From: Leptolyngbyaceae cyanobacterium
GTDB taxonomy: Bacteria; Cyanobacteriota; Cyanobacteriia; Phormidesmidales; Phormidesmidaceae
Direction of reading: 5' to 3'
Length of the DNA stretch: 64,000 nt
Assembly: GCA_050331235.1 (NCBI GenBank)
Contig: JBHJHA010000011.1
Span: 32,001-96,000 of the forward strand
Part shown: piece by piece, positions 9,697 to 20,484 of the stretch
Position numbering within the stretch: the stretch's first letter is position 1
Layout: every line of letters begins with the position of its first letter
Position numbers and translations under genes: made by a program
Notes under the pieces: generated by a model
Databases searched by the model: none
What the model was told of the DNA's origin: nothing
The model's input: the letters and a program-made list of their open reading frames with translations, nothing else

Positions 9697-12600
9697 TCAG
9701 TCTATACCTGCATGAATATCATAAACAGGCCAGTGACGATATAAGAATTCAGTCATTGCTTGACTGCTCAGTGGTTGGCTAAACAAAAAGCCTTGCATTT
9801 GGTGGCAACCTAGCTGGCTAAGACAGTGCATCTGCTCAACCGTTTCTACGCCTTCGGCAACTAGGCTCAAATTCAACGCCTGCCCGAGAGCAATAACGGC
9901 TCTCAGCATGGCGATATCTTGCTCGTCTTGGGGTATATCTTGTACGAATGAGCGATCAATTTTCAGTCCCGTAAAGGGTAAGCGCTTGAGATAGTTGAGC
10001 GATGAATACCCCGTACCAAAATCATCCATGACGATGCGGTTACCCAAGCGACGTAATTGATTAAGTGTCGAGACCGAAATTTCTAAATTAGAAAGCGCCA
10101 CCGTCTCAGTGATTTCGAGCTCTAAAAACTTAGGCGATAGATTGAATGCTGAAAGCACCTGTTGGATATCTTGCACCAGCGTTGCGTGGTGAAGTTGCCG
10201 AGCAGAGAGATTGACGGCGACTTCTAAGCTTTCAAAGCCTTGTTGATGCCAGGCTTTAAGCTGAGAACAAGCTTGCTTGATTACCCAATCTCCTAACGAA
10301 ACGATGAGACCAATTTCCTCTGCCACGGGAATAAAATCGTTCGGTGCGACCTCTCCAAGCTCAGCGCTATGCCAGCGAACTAAAGCTTCTATGCGCTGAA
10401 TTCGACCACTCGCCATATCGATTTGGGGCTGAAAGCAGAGACTAAACTCTTCGCGCTTAAATGCCTGGTGTAAATGCTTTTCCAACATGAGTTGCTGGGT
10501 TGCTCCAGAGCTGAGCGTGGAAGTATAAAAGCAATAGCTATTACGGCCACTGGCTTTAGCCGCATACATCGCGGCATCAGCATTTTGCAGCAGCGCCGTG
10601 ACGCTATCGCCATCGTTGGGATAGAGGGCAATCCCTATGCTGCCGGTGACGTATAGCTCGTGATGGTCAATCAGGAACGGAGGGCGTAGATTATCGGCTA
10701 ACCGTTCTGCGACGCGGGCCGCTTCTTCAATCGAGAAAATTTGGCCCAAAATCAAGGTGAATTCATCACCGCCCCAACGAGCCAGTACGTCTCCACGCCG
10801 TAACCCTTCGCTGAGGCGTCGGGTCGCCTCGACCAACAGTTGGTCACCGATCGCGTGCCCGAGGGTGTCATTGATATTTTTAAAGCGATCCAAATCTAGA
10901 AATAGAATGGCGACAAGCCGGCCAGCCTGACGAGCCGCTGCGAGCATCTTGGGCAACTCTCGGTTAAATGCCGTCCGATTGGGTAACCCTGTCAACGGAT
11001 CATGAAACGCTTGATAACGCATCTGCGCTTCGGTCTCTTTGCGCTTGATCGCTCCCCCAATACTGGCCGCGATCGTGACCAAAATTGATTCTTCACTCCG
11101 GCTCCAGTCCCGTTGCGGATTGCAAGCATCAAATCCAATAAATCCCCAGAAATCCCGGTCAATAAAAACCGGCACCATCAAAATCGACTCGATGTGATCG
11201 CGAGCCAGTAAAGCTTGCTCAGATTTGGGGAAAGATCTGACCCGACCTCCGACTGAGTGTCCTGCTTGAAAAGCTCGATACCACCGCATTAGGCCATACT
11301 CGCTATAGGCTTGATTTTGCCAATGGGATTGATGAATACTGGGCGAAATACCCGCTTGAGTCCACTCATAACGCATGCTCAAAGCCGGTTTGCCAGTTAC
11401 CGGATGTGGATGATTTTCGTAAAGATAGACCCGGTCAGCAGCGGCCGCCATGCCTAGCGTTTTAAGGATTTTGGGAATCGAACTATCGATTTCAAGCGTC
11501 GTGAGTAGCTGTTGGCTGGCTTCGGCGACCCCTTTAAGTAGGCGATCGCGGCGCCGCAGTTCCAGTTCGGCGGCTTTGCGAGCGGTAATATCCTCCACCG
11601 TGCCCTCGAAGCCAATAATTTGCCCCTGACTGTCAAACACAGCTCGGGCGGACTCGGAAATCCAGATAATGCTGCCGTCTTTTTTGTAGATGGCGGATTC
11701 AAAGCCCAGCACTGAGCCATCCTGCATCATTTTGTCGACAAACGTTTTGCGCCGGTCCAAATCGACGTAGAGCTGTCGCTCAATATCCGTCAGCGTCTCC
11801 ATAAGTTCTTGGGGAGAGCCATAGCCATAAATTTTGGCTAGCATCGGATTGACTGTCGTGTAACGACCGCTAGTCGTCGTTTGGAAGATCCCTTCCACAG
11901 CATTTTCAAAAATACTGCGATATTTGTTTTCCGCCTGGCGGAGGGAGGCCCTCGCCTGCAAGTGCTCGGTGGCAACGGCGATCGCATTGACCGCAATCCG
12001 CAACAAACTCACTTCCGACTGCGACCATTTGCGGGGTTGTCGACAATTGCTAAACCCCATGACGCCACTAAATTGGCCGTGAATACTCAACGGCAGCAGC
12101 AAAACTGATTTTTCATTGATGGCGGGCTGGTCCAGCAGTTCCTTCATTGCGGGGGGAAACTCATCGCTCACGAGATTGATACAGTTTCCGGCTTCTAGTT
12201 CGGCAATCCAATCGGCTGCCACGCCTTCACGGTCAAACGTTTGGACAGCTGGTTCATGCAAAGTTGAGGGCGTCATGGTATCAGCCCACTCCACCATCAT
12301 CACCAAACGGTCACCGTTATCAGGCTCCACGGAGTAAAAATAAGCTCGATTGGCTCCAGTTACAGAAGCCAGCAATTCCAAACCCGTAACAAATGACGCA
12401 CTATCCCACTTGCCATCAAAATCAAGGAGTTGCCGCTGAAACTCAACTAACGCAGTGAGATACTGCTCCCGTCGGTTGAGGCTTTTTTGAAACTCAATGC
12501 GATCGCTGACATTCTCAATGCTTCCTAGGATGCCAATCACGCGCTGAGCCGCATCATGAATAGGGAACTTGCTGACGTTGGTCCAATAATTCGGATTGTT

Positions 12601-14223
12601 TTTATCATTTTCCAGAGTGTCCAGTTCCGGTCTGTCCTGCGCCATGATGCGCCGATCTTGCTCGCGAAACTGCTGAGCCTCCGCCTGAGAATAAGCAGGA
12701 ATTTCGTAGTCAGTTTTGCCCATCACCTCCAGCGAAGAGTCGAATCCAACGCCTTTGGCAAAAGCTTTATTACTGCCTAAGTAAATGCCATTGCGATCCT
12801 TCCAAAACAGATGCTGGGGAATGTTATCCAAAATCAGCTTGAGAAACTGTTCTCGGTCGATGAGCATCTGCTCAGCTTCAACCGTTTCAGTGATATCGCG
12901 AGTGACCGCTAATAACTGGGGCGGGCCTGCTGCCATATGGGGCGCAACCATACAGCTAATCGTCTCAAACCAGCGATAGTGACCACTGCGATGACGCATC
13001 CGAAACCGCAGCGACCCTAGCACCTGCCGACGCAGAAAGCGACGATAGTGCCGAAAGACCCGCCGGCGATCGCGGGGATGAAACAGCCAAGCCGGCGATT
13101 GACCGATGAGCTCTGCGGGGTCGCAGCCTAACAGGCTAGAGCAAGCCGATGACACATATCGGATATTGCCATTCAAGTCATGCTGAGTCACCAGGTCCAA
13201 CGACCGATCCGCCAACATGCGATATCGCGTTTCACTCTTACGGAGAGCGGCCTCAGTCCGCTTTAGAGAAGTGATATCGGTAATAAATCCCTGTAGACCG
13301 ATGGGCTGCCCAGCGATATCAAACAGGCCCTGCCCCTTCTCCCAAACCCACTTTTCTTCACCATGGCGGGTAACAAGGCGGTATTCAACCTCATAAATCT
13401 GTCCCTGGGCGAGCGCTGATTTGATGGTTTCCAAGACTCTCGACAAATCATCTGCATGAATGATGTCGTTGTAGGTAATCTGACTGTCGGCCGCCGTCAA
13501 CTCCGCTTCGCCGTAGCCCGTCAGGCGCGTACAGCCATTACTCAGAGACTGCATTTTCCATTCAGGCGGGCCTTTCGCCGTGAACACAATGCCAGGCAGC
13601 GTATTTAGTAGCCGTTGTAAATTTTGTCGATGGGTAAATAGCTCAGCCTCAGTCCGCTTGAGCCGTAAAATTGCTCCCAAATGAGCCGCAATGGCCTCCA
13701 CTAGGGAAACCTGATAGTCGTCACAGACATGGGCTTCCCTCATAAAAAAGACCAACACCATTAATATTGCGCCATCAAGCTTAACTGGGACGCCAACCGC
13801 AGCGCCTAAGCCAAACTGCAAAGCGATGTCTCGCCGCTGAAAGGTTGGCGGCGAAGTGCGGGAAACATCCGTTATCCATTCAGACTTCCCTGTGGAATAG
13901 ACGCGGCCAGGCAAGCCATCCCCCGAGTCAAAACGCCACGCCCTACTGGCTTCACCAAACTGTTGGTAACCCCCGCGGGCTGCATACCAAATGCCACTGT
14001 GACGCAGCGTTTGCGCTGTGGAAGGTAGCCAAATTTCGCCAAAGAACCAATCCGTACTCGCACAAACAAGCTCTAGCAGCCGCATTAAGGCAGAGTCAAA
14101 GTCCTGAGCTTGACTTACTTCAAGCGAGATTGACCGCAGCAGTGTTAAGGCCGCCGGATTAATCGCGAGAAAGCTATCTGATAAAGAATGAGGTGGGCCA
14201 ACATTTGCAGAATGAGTCATCAA
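9697..14223 (-). CDS. GAF/PAS multi-sensor diguanylate cyclase/phosphodiesterase (GGDEF-EAL)
   Basis: Several GAF and PAS/PAC blocks; HDPLTGLPNR, DLDRFK, RRGD I-site, RWGGDEF, EALVRW, DDFGTGYSS and AEGVET all intact. Confidence 0.95.
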   Translation of the reverse strand: MMTHSANVGPPHSLSDSFLAINPAALTLLRSISLEVSQAQDFDSALMRLLELVCASTDWFFGEIWLPSTAQTLRHSGIWYAARGGYQQFGEASRAWRFDSGDGLPGRVYSTGKSEWITDVSRTSPPTFQRRDIALQFGLGAAVGVPVKLDGAILMVLVFFMREAHVCDDYQVSLVEAIAAHLGAILRLKRTEAELFTHRQNLQRLLNTLPGIVFTAKGPPEWKMQSLSNGCTRLTGYGEAELTAADSQITYNDIIHADDLSRVLETIKSALAQGQIYEVEYRLVTRHGEEKWVWEKGQGLFDIAGQPIGLQGFITDITSLKRTEAALRKSETRYRMLADRSLDLVTQHDLNGNIRYVSSACSSLLGCDPAELIGQSPAWLFHPRDRRRVFRHYRRFLRRQVLGSLRFRMRHRSGHYRWFETISCMVAPHMAAGPPQLLAVTRDITETVEAEQMLIDREQFLKLILDNIPQHLFWKDRNGIYLGSNKAFAKGVGFDSSLEVMGKTDYEIPAYSQAEAQQFREQDRRIMAQDRPELDTLENDKNNPNYWTNVSKFPIHDAAQRVIGILGSIENVSDRIEFQKSLNRREQYLTALVEFQRQLLDFDGKWDSASFVTGLELLASVTGANRAYFYSVEPDNGDRLVMMVEWADTMTPSTLHEPAVQTFDREGVAADWIAELEAGNCINLVSDEFPPAMKELLDQPAINEKSVLLLPLSIHGQFSGVMGFSNCRQPRKWSQSEVSLLRIAVNAIAVATEHLQARASLRQAENKYRSIFENAVEGIFQTTTSGRYTTVNPMLAKIYGYGSPQELMETLTDIERQLYVDLDRRKTFVDKMMQDGSVLGFESAIYKKDGSIIWISESARAVFDSQGQIIGFEGTVEDITARKAAELELRRRDRLLKGVAEASQQLLTTLEIDSSIPKILKTLGMAAAADRVYLYENHPHPVTGKPALSMRYEWTQAGISPSIHQSHWQNQAYSEYGLMRWYRAFQAGHSVGGRVRSFPKSEQALLARDHIESILMVPVFIDRDFWGFIGFDACNPQRDWSRSEESILVTIAASIGGAIKRKETEAQMRYQAFHDPLTGLPNRTAFNRELPKMLAAARQAGRLVAILFLDLDRFKNINDTLGHAIGDQLLVEATRRLSEGLRRGDVLARWGGDEFTLILGQIFSIEEAARVAERLADNLRPPFLIDHHELYVTGSIGIALYPNDGDSVTALLQNADAAMYAAKASGRNSYCFYTSTLSSGATQQLMLEKHLHQAFKREEFSLCFQPQIDMASGRIQRIEALVRWHSAELGEVAPNDFIPVAEEIGLIVSLGDWVIKQACSQLKAWHQQGFESLEVAVNLSARQLHHATLVQDIQQVLSAFNLSPKFLELEITETVALSNLEISVSTLNQLRRLGNRIVMDDFGTGYSSLNYLKRLPFTGLKIDRSFVQDIPQDEQDIAMLRAVIALGQALNLSLVAEGVETVEQMHCLSQLGCHQMQGFLFSQPLSSQAMTEFLYRHWPVYDIHAGID

Positions 14224-14507
14224 TCAGTGCCCAGGAAGCAGCTAATACGGCGACAACGGTTTTTCTTTATGGTGAATTCTGAATCTCGCCAGCGGGCAGC
14301 ATATTCGTTAACTTGCTAAGGCTTTGGCTCGTGAGTCATTCAGCAGGCAGAAATACGAGCTAAGAATATTTTGATAAAGTCGTTTGATGATCGGTGCAGC
14401 CAATGTTACTAATGATAGTTCCCAAAATGTAAAGCTTGCGATCGCGCAGCAGCTGAGCCTAGGTCAAACACCATAGGCTAACCAAGTATTTCCACTCCAG
14501 CGGCTGA

Positions 14508-14993
14508 CTAGCGCTGAAACCAAGCGGTGAGGGCCACTGCCAAGCCGTCGGCGGCGTCATCGGGCTTTGGTAATTTTGGGAGGTTGAGCTCTCGCATGAC
14601 CGACTGCTGTACAGAGCTTTTGTCAGCATTGCCGTAGCCCGTTAGAGCTTGCTTAATTTGGGCCGGCGTAAACTCAACGGGCACTAATTGATGTTGAGCT
14701 AATACCAACATAACTACGCCACGAGCTTGGGCAACTAAAATTGTGTTGCCCATTCGATAAAAAAAGAGCTTCTCAAGGGCAACTTGATCGGGTTTGAAAT
14801 GGTTGATCAGACTGTGCAAATCATCATGCAAGATGCATAGGCGATTGCCCACGGGCGTTTTGGCTGGTGTTTCCACGATGCCAAAATCCACCACCTCAGC
14901 CCCGGCTGAGGCCGCAGTCTGACCCATCCCGTCAATCACCCCGAATCCCAGAATGGCTAGCCCTGGGTCAAGCCCCAGGATGCGCTGCTTCAC
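14508..14993 (-). CDS. ruvC: Holliday junction resolvase RuvC
   Basis: [21 protein letters not shown] and [12 protein letters not shown]. The GTG start overlaps the chlI stop (TAGTG). Confidence 0.96.
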   Translation of the reverse strand: MKQRILGLDPGLAILGFGVIDGMGQTAASAGAEVVDFGIVETPAKTPVGNRLCILHDDLHSLINHFKPDQVALEKLFFYRMGNTILVAQARGVVMLVLAQHQLVPVEFTPAQIKQALTGYGNADKSSVQQSVMRELNLPKLPKPDDAADGLAVALTAWFQR

Positions 14994-16090
14994 TACTGCG
15001 CTCCAACCGGTTGACGACCGTTAGTAGCCGCGTCTTCATCAGTTAAAGAAACCCCGAAGACCTGGCTAAAGACTTTATCTACCTTATAGCCAGAATCGAT
15101 GGACTCAAGCGGATCCTTCCGTAAGCGATGGCGCAGACACATCACAATCACTTTTTGGACGTCCTCTAATGTCACCTCGGCCCGACCTTCATAGGCAGCC
15201 AAGGCTTTAGCGGCGCGGTTCGTCACAATGTCGCCGCGCAAACCATCCACGTCAAGCTCAGCACAGACCTGGGAGATCTTGATGCGAAAATCATGGTCAA
15301 TCGTCACCTGTGGGAGACGGGCTTGGGCCTCGGCAATGCGCTTTTGTAGAGTCTCTTGGGTCGACACAAATTTCTCCAAGTAAGCCATCGGATCTTGATC
15401 AAAATCCGATCGTTGTTCAACAATCTGCACCCGTAACTCAGGGTCGCGCACTGTGCGGATTTCGGCATGCATGCCAAAGCGATCAAGCAGCTGGGGTCGC
15501 AGTTCACCTTCCTCCGGGTTGCCAGAACCGACCAACACAAATTGCGCCGGGTGGCGAATCGAAATGCCCTCCCGCTCAACGGTATTCCATCCTGAGGCGG
15601 CTGAGTCGAGCAAAACGTCTACTAAGTGGTCATCCAAAAGGTTGACCTCGTCAACATAGAGAATGCCCCGATTGGCCTTCGCCAAGAGTCCTGGTTCAAA
15701 GGCCTTGACCCCCTCTGACAGGGCTTTTTCGATATCGATGGTGCCACAGACCCGATCTTCGGTCGCGCCTAGAGGCAGGTCAACCATGGGCACTTTCTTC
15801 TGACTCGTAGGAAAGGTATCGGTTTGGCGCTCCCGTTGGATATCGGGATCATCAGGAGACCGGCTAAATGGATCGTCAGCTACGACTTCGATTTCGGGGA
15901 GCAGATCCGCGAGCGCTCGAATTGTAGTGGATTTTCCAGTCCCGCGATCGCCCATAATCATGACCCCACCAATGCGGGGATCGATCACGTTTAAAATCAG
16001 CGCAAGCTTCATGTCTTCCTGACCAATTACCGCAGTAAAAGGGAAAACAACTCGGCGGGGAGACATCGAACGTTCAGCAGTCGCAGTCAC
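14993..16090 (-). CDS. chlI: Magnesium chelatase subunit I
   Basis: [48 protein letters not shown] and DGLRGDIV. Confidence 0.97.
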   Translation of the reverse strand: MTATAERSMSPRRVVFPFTAVIGQEDMKLALILNVIDPRIGGVMIMGDRGTGKSTTIRALADLLPEIEVVADDPFSRSPDDPDIQRERQTDTFPTSQKKVPMVDLPLGATEDRVCGTIDIEKALSEGVKAFEPGLLAKANRGILYVDEVNLLDDHLVDVLLDSAASGWNTVEREGISIRHPAQFVLVGSGNPEEGELRPQLLDRFGMHAEIRTVRDPELRVQIVEQRSDFDQDPMAYLEKFVSTQETLQKRIAEAQARLPQVTIDHDFRIKISQVCAELDVDGLRGDIVTNRAAKALAAYEGRAEVTLEDVQKVIVMCLRHRLRKDPLESIDSGYKVDKVFSQVFGVSLTDEDAATNGRQPVGAQ

Positions 16091-16630
16091 AAGCAATCAA
16101 CTCTCTTACAAATTCTTTGAACAAGCTTTACAGGCTTTAAAGATCATTGACTATTGTGCCATAGGGATTTGCGCCATTCAGCGTCAATGGAATGAATTAT
16201 CCCGTTCAAAGGCGGCGATCAGAGACAGAGCAGGATAACAACCGAGCCAATAGGTCTAGACGTTCCTCAGTTTCAGCTGAGCAAACTGCTTTGAGAAAAG
16301 AAAACTGATGTCTTCTCAATCTGTCCTCGTTTTTGTCACCGTCTCCACACTTTCTGAAAGGGCACCCTATCCTGCCATAGACAGTATTGGCCACTATTTT
16401 GGCTGAAACAGGGATTGAGCAGCACTGGTTTGTTAAGAGAAACACTTTTAAGAAGCGGCGGTTTTAGGGATGACTTCTCCTCGCTCAACATGTGAGATGG
16501 ACTACTAAGGTCTGAATTTTAATCAGCTATTATTGCGACAACATGTCTTAGGCACGTCTGCCGAAAGGAACATTTTCTCAGGATGAAAGCGTTGAGACAT
16601 GGTTCTGATTAGGTTTGTTTGGAGAGTATT

Positions 16631-16948
16631 GTGACTATCTACATCGGTAATTTGTCGTTTCAAGCAGGGGAAGAGGATCTACGCGAGGTATTTGCTGACT
16701 ATGGTGAGGTCAAGCGCATTAGCTTACCCACAGATCGGGAAACAGGCCGAAAGCGCGGATTTGCCTTTGTTGAAATGGTGGATGAAGCCCATGAAGATAC
16801 AGCCATCTCAGAACTCGACGGGGCTGAGTGGCTGGGGCGTGAACTCAGAGTCAATAAGGCTCGCCCGCGCAATGACAGCGGGGGCGGGGGGCGCCGCAGC
16901 AGTAGTGAAGGAGGCGATCGCTCAAACTTTACGAGCAACCCGTTGTAA
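16631..16948 (+). CDS. rbp: RRM RNA-binding protein (Rbp family)
   Basis: TIYIGNLSF (RNP2), RGFAFVEM (RNP1), LRVNKARPR and a Gly-rich tail. GGAG at 16621 precedes the GTG at 16631. Confidence 0.93.
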   Translation: MTIYIGNLSFQAGEEDLREVFADYGEVKRISLPTDRETGRKRGFAFVEMVDEAHEDTAISELDGAEWLGRELRVNKARPRNDSGGGGRRSSSEGGDRSNFTSNPL

Positions 16949-17195
16949 TCGCCCTTGGCATTCTCCTTGATCGCCCAAGTGACTATTTCCTGCAGCCAAT
17001 GACTCACAACCATCTGGGTCGTAGGTGTTTTGCCCGGTTTCCCAGACGCAACACCCCGCAGTGAACGCTCCCACGACTCGGACATTCACCAACCAGTCAC
17101 TGCTTTTGCGTCTCTTTTGATGGGACAAGCTCGCGCCTGTAGCGAACATGGGCAACACTTCATCAACGCTACTGCGAGACGCTACGGGCGCTCTT

Positions 17196-17906
17196 TCAAG
17201 GCGCGTCAGTATTGCCATGGTTGTCTGTAGAAATGGCCGATTGAACCAGCGGAGTATTATTGCGGGGATTATTCACCGCTGGACTCACTGCCAGAATATC
17301 TAACCAGTCTGAGTCACAGGGCTGTAAGAGCGCAGCTAGCTCTCCCCGGTTGTAGTAGCTCGGATCAAGCCATGCATCATAGGCTGTCGACGGTAAGATG
17401 ACCGGCATCCGATGGTGAACCGGCTCCATTGTTTGATTGGCTTGAGTGGTCAATATGGTGCAGGAAAAGACTGCCTCCCCTGTCTCCGGCGATCGCCAAC
17501 GCTCCCATAACCCCGCAAAGCCAAATAGTGATCGCGTCTTGAGGTGGATGAGGTAAGGCTGCTTTTGGCCTCCGCCTGTGACCGCCTGCCACTCATAGAA
17601 GCCATCGGCTACTACTAAGCAGCGGCGCTTTTGAAAGGCACTTCGAAAGGCGGGCTTATCCGCCACAGTTTCAGAGCGAGCATTGATCAGTTTGTAGCCA
17701 ATTTTGGGATCTTGACTCCATCCTGGAATGAGTCCCCACTTTTTATCATGCAACTCGCGCTCGCCCGTATGTCGGGAGGCTGTAACCACAGCAACCATTT
17801 GGCTGGGAGCAATGTTATATCGGGGTTGCAAATCGGGGATAGCAGCTAGCTGAAAAGCTGCCGCAACCGCCTCTCCCGTATGAGTCTGGGCAAACCGACC
17901 GCACAT
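17196..17906 (-). CDS. SOS response-associated peptidase (SRAP/YedK/HMCES family)
   Basis: MCGRF N-terminal Cys, RYNIAP, INARSET, ADGFYEW and HHRMPVIL. Confidence 0.95.
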   Translation of the reverse strand: MCGRFAQTHTGEAVAAAFQLAAIPDLQPRYNIAPSQMVAVVTASRHTGERELHDKKWGLIPGWSQDPKIGYKLINARSETVADKPAFRSAFQKRRCLVVADGFYEWQAVTGGGQKQPYLIHLKTRSLFGFAGLWERWRSPETGEAVFSCTILTTQANQTMEPVHHRMPVILPSTAYDAWLDPSYYNRGELAALLQPCDSDWLDILAVSPAVNNPRNNTPLVQSAISTDNHGNTDAP

Positions 17907-17947
17907 GACACCACCTCAACCATTGACCGCAAACTGAGCCAAACGGC

Positions 17948-18505
17948 TTATTGAGCCGCAAACTGGCGTTCCATCTCCGATCTCAACTCCGCCGTCATGC
18001 CCGTCAGACCTGACTCAAATACCTCAAAAAAATACGGCTGTAGAGGACCCATACTGGCCTTAGCGGAAATGCTTTGGATGAGTAATGTTTGCTCACTCTC
18101 GTCGGCGTGAGCGATCGAGTTGAGTTGCCAAGAGCCTTCCATCTCGTCCAGCGTGCCGTCAACCATACGATAGTCAATTCGCTCCGGCGGATGCTCGGTA
18201 TTCTCGGTCACGATCTTGACGCGAATGGGCAACACGCCGACTTTACGGCGATCTTTTCGTTCTACGAGTACGGTGTTCTCACGTCTTTCAAGAATGCGAC
18301 TATCGACAACGGAAGATAAATGTTCGGGAAAAGCTTCATAGTCAGTTAAGACGCGCCAAACAATTGCAGCCGGAGCTTTGATAAGGGAATACACCACATA
18401 GTCTCCTTCAGCACCGGTCAGAATGACCTCGCCATGATGTAGTTCTTGCTGCTGGTCAGGGCTCAGGTCTGCCGTAAGCTGCTCCAAGTCGGTCGCGAGA
18501 GACAT
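17948..18505 (-). CDS. SRPBCC/polyketide cyclase (START-like) protein
   Basis: IKAPAAIVWRVLTDYE and IDYRMVDGTLDEMEGSWQL. ATG at 18505. Confidence 0.8.
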   Translation of the reverse strand: MSLATDLEQLTADLSPDQQQELHHGEVILTGAEGDYVVYSLIKAPAAIVWRVLTDYEAFPEHLSSVVDSRILERRENTVLVERKDRRKVGVLPIRVKIVTENTEHPPERIDYRMVDGTLDEMEGSWQLNSIAHADESEQTLLIQSISAKASMGPLQPYFFEVFESGLTGMTAELRSEMERQFAAQ

Positions 18506-18550
18506 AAGATTAAAACTGAAATATCTGTTGTTATCGTAACGAATTATTGC

Positions 18551-19039
18551 ATGGCTAGTTTCTCTGAAGTTCAGTCGGCGTACGTAGATTTTCCTAATCA
18601 AGTCCAAAGCCTAATGTTGAGCACGGTTACACCTGAGGGACAGCCTCAGGCGAGCTATACCCCCTTCGTGATAGACGGCGATCGCAACATCTATATTTTT
18701 GTCAGCGGCCTTTCTAGCCACACCTCCAATCTACAAAAGATCCCCAAAGCCGGCGTTTTGTTTATTGAAGATGAGGTGCAAGCGCCGCAGATTTTTGCCC
18801 GCCGCCGCTTGATGTATGACTGTCAAGTCAAGCTGATTGACCGCCATGCCCCTCAATGGGCGAGCTTAGCAGACAAATTCAAGCAGCGATTTGGCAACTT
18901 GGTTGACATGCTGCGGCAGCTACCTGATTTTCAGATTTTTCAGCTGACCCCGCAGTCTGGCCGATTTGTGGTTGGTTTTGGCGCTGCCTATGAAGTGGAT
19001 AAGACCAACTTAGAGCGGCTGATGCCAACAGAAAAGTAA
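18551..19039 (+). CDS. HugZ/HutZ-like split-barrel (pyridoxamine 5'-phosphate oxidase family) protein
   Basis: LMLSTV...PQASYTPFV, SHTSNL, QIFARRRL and GRFVVGFGAAY. Confidence 0.85.
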   Translation: MASFSEVQSAYVDFPNQVQSLMLSTVTPEGQPQASYTPFVIDGDRNIYIFVSGLSSHTSNLQKIPKAGVLFIEDEVQAPQIFARRRLMYDCQVKLIDRHAPQWASLADKFKQRFGNLVDMLRQLPDFQIFQLTPQSGRFVVGFGAAYEVDKTNLERLMPTEK

Positions 19040-19375
19040 GTTCAGCCATTGGTTGGGACTCTTCTCAGGCGCTTACGGAGTCTACTTTGTAGGCCAAGCC
19101 TCGCCCCTTAACCTCGACTATCTTGTTATGTTACGGCTGAAGTTTGATAGCCGTTATGGGCGATAATTCTCTCTGTGGTATTGCATCAAGAGATACAGAT
19201 TTACCTCTGCAGGATCTCTGGAGTCTCGCCTAAGGGTACCTTTATACGATGATTTGCTCGGCAAAACTGCCTCAGCAGACTTGAAAGTAAATAACCATTT
19301 GCTTTTAGCCCTGGGTCTGATGCAGTCAACCGCTAATAGGGCAAACTATCTTGGACACTAGCCCCGAAAATATTC

Positions 19376-20155
19376 ATGACTGCCGAAAATTCCTTTACAA
19401 GTTCTGCGGCATCTCCTTTAGCTGCGATCGCGCTTAAGTTGGTGGGTATCGTCACCATTCTGTCAGCGCTTTTAGATTTCCTGGTGCTGCTTATTCCGCC
19501 GGACTTTCTCAATGCCCAATGGCAACTCAATGCCACGACGCAAATCGTCGATCGCGGGATCGTGCCGTTAGTCGGCATTGCGCTACTGCTCGCTGGTTTT
19601 TGGATTGACCGGAGTGCCGGCACCTCTAAATCTGGAGGTAGTTTACTCACTGATTTACGTTTTTGGACTTGTATCATCGCGAGCCTTCTCGGGCTACTTT
19701 TTTTGATTCTTACTTTTTTGCATGTCAACAACGTTCGCATTACAGCTCAGCAGGCCTTAGCGCAAGTTGAACGTGAGGCTAATCAGGCGCGCGAGCAGCT
19801 AGGTCAGCGTTTAGAAGGAGAACTTAGCCAGCAGCAAAGCCAATTACAACTGCTGTTTGAAGACGACGATCTGCTACAACAGGCAATTGAAGCGGGACAG
19901 CTGCCGGAAGAAATTCAACAGTTTCAAGACAATCCTGATGGCCTTGACCAATTTTTGAACCAGCGAGCCGGCGAAGCTCAAGAAGAGATTGAAACTGAGA
20001 TCGGTACCCGCCGCGAAGATGCCCGGGGTCGGGTACGTCAAGAAGCCATTAAGTCAGCGTCGCGAATTTCGATCAGTAGCTTGCTCATGGCGATCGCTTA
20101 CATCATGATCGGTTGGACTGGGCTACGACGGCTGATGAGCATGGGCAGTGCCTAA
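19376..20155 (+). CDS. hpsJ: HpsJ-family membrane protein (hormogonium/motility polysaccharide associated)
   Basis: Three N-terminal TM helices including QIVDRGIVPLVGIALL, a coiled-coil middle and a C-terminal TM helix. Confidence 0.7.
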   Translation: MTAENSFTSSAASPLAAIALKLVGIVTILSALLDFLVLLIPPDFLNAQWQLNATTQIVDRGIVPLVGIALLLAGFWIDRSAGTSKSGGSLLTDLRFWTCIIASLLGLLFLILTFLHVNNVRITAQQALAQVEREANQAREQLGQRLEGELSQQQSQLQLLFEDDDLLQQAIEAGQLPEEIQQFQDNPDGLDQFLNQRAGEAQEEIETEIGTRREDARGRVRQEAIKSASRISISSLLMAIAYIMIGWTGLRRLMSMGSA

Positions 20156-20192
20156 CCCAAGGTTTTGTCACGGTCATTGAGGGTGATGAGTG

Positions 20193-20235
20193 CGGTGGGT
20201 AGAGCTGAGATAATGGCTCTACCCACCGTTATTTT
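20193..20235 (+). terminator. Rho-independent terminator
   Basis: CGGTGGGTAGAGC...GCTCTACCCACCG 13-bp perfect stem followed by TTATTTT. Confidence 0.8.
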
Positions 20236-20484
20236 GGTATTAATGCCCAGCGATCAATCATCGCGGCAACCATATTGGACTGGCACCGCCCCTTAACACT
20301 CATCGCCTCTTTTCAGCGAAATCGATGGTGCAAAAGCGAGGCTTCAGTAAACGTGCATTGCCCGGTGACATCGTCTCTGGATGGACAACTCCTGTCCCAG
20401 GCAGTACCCAATCCGAAGCATGATCACCTAAATTCGAATAGTGATGACTTGCAGCGGCTGTGGGGACATCGATATCACGCATTC

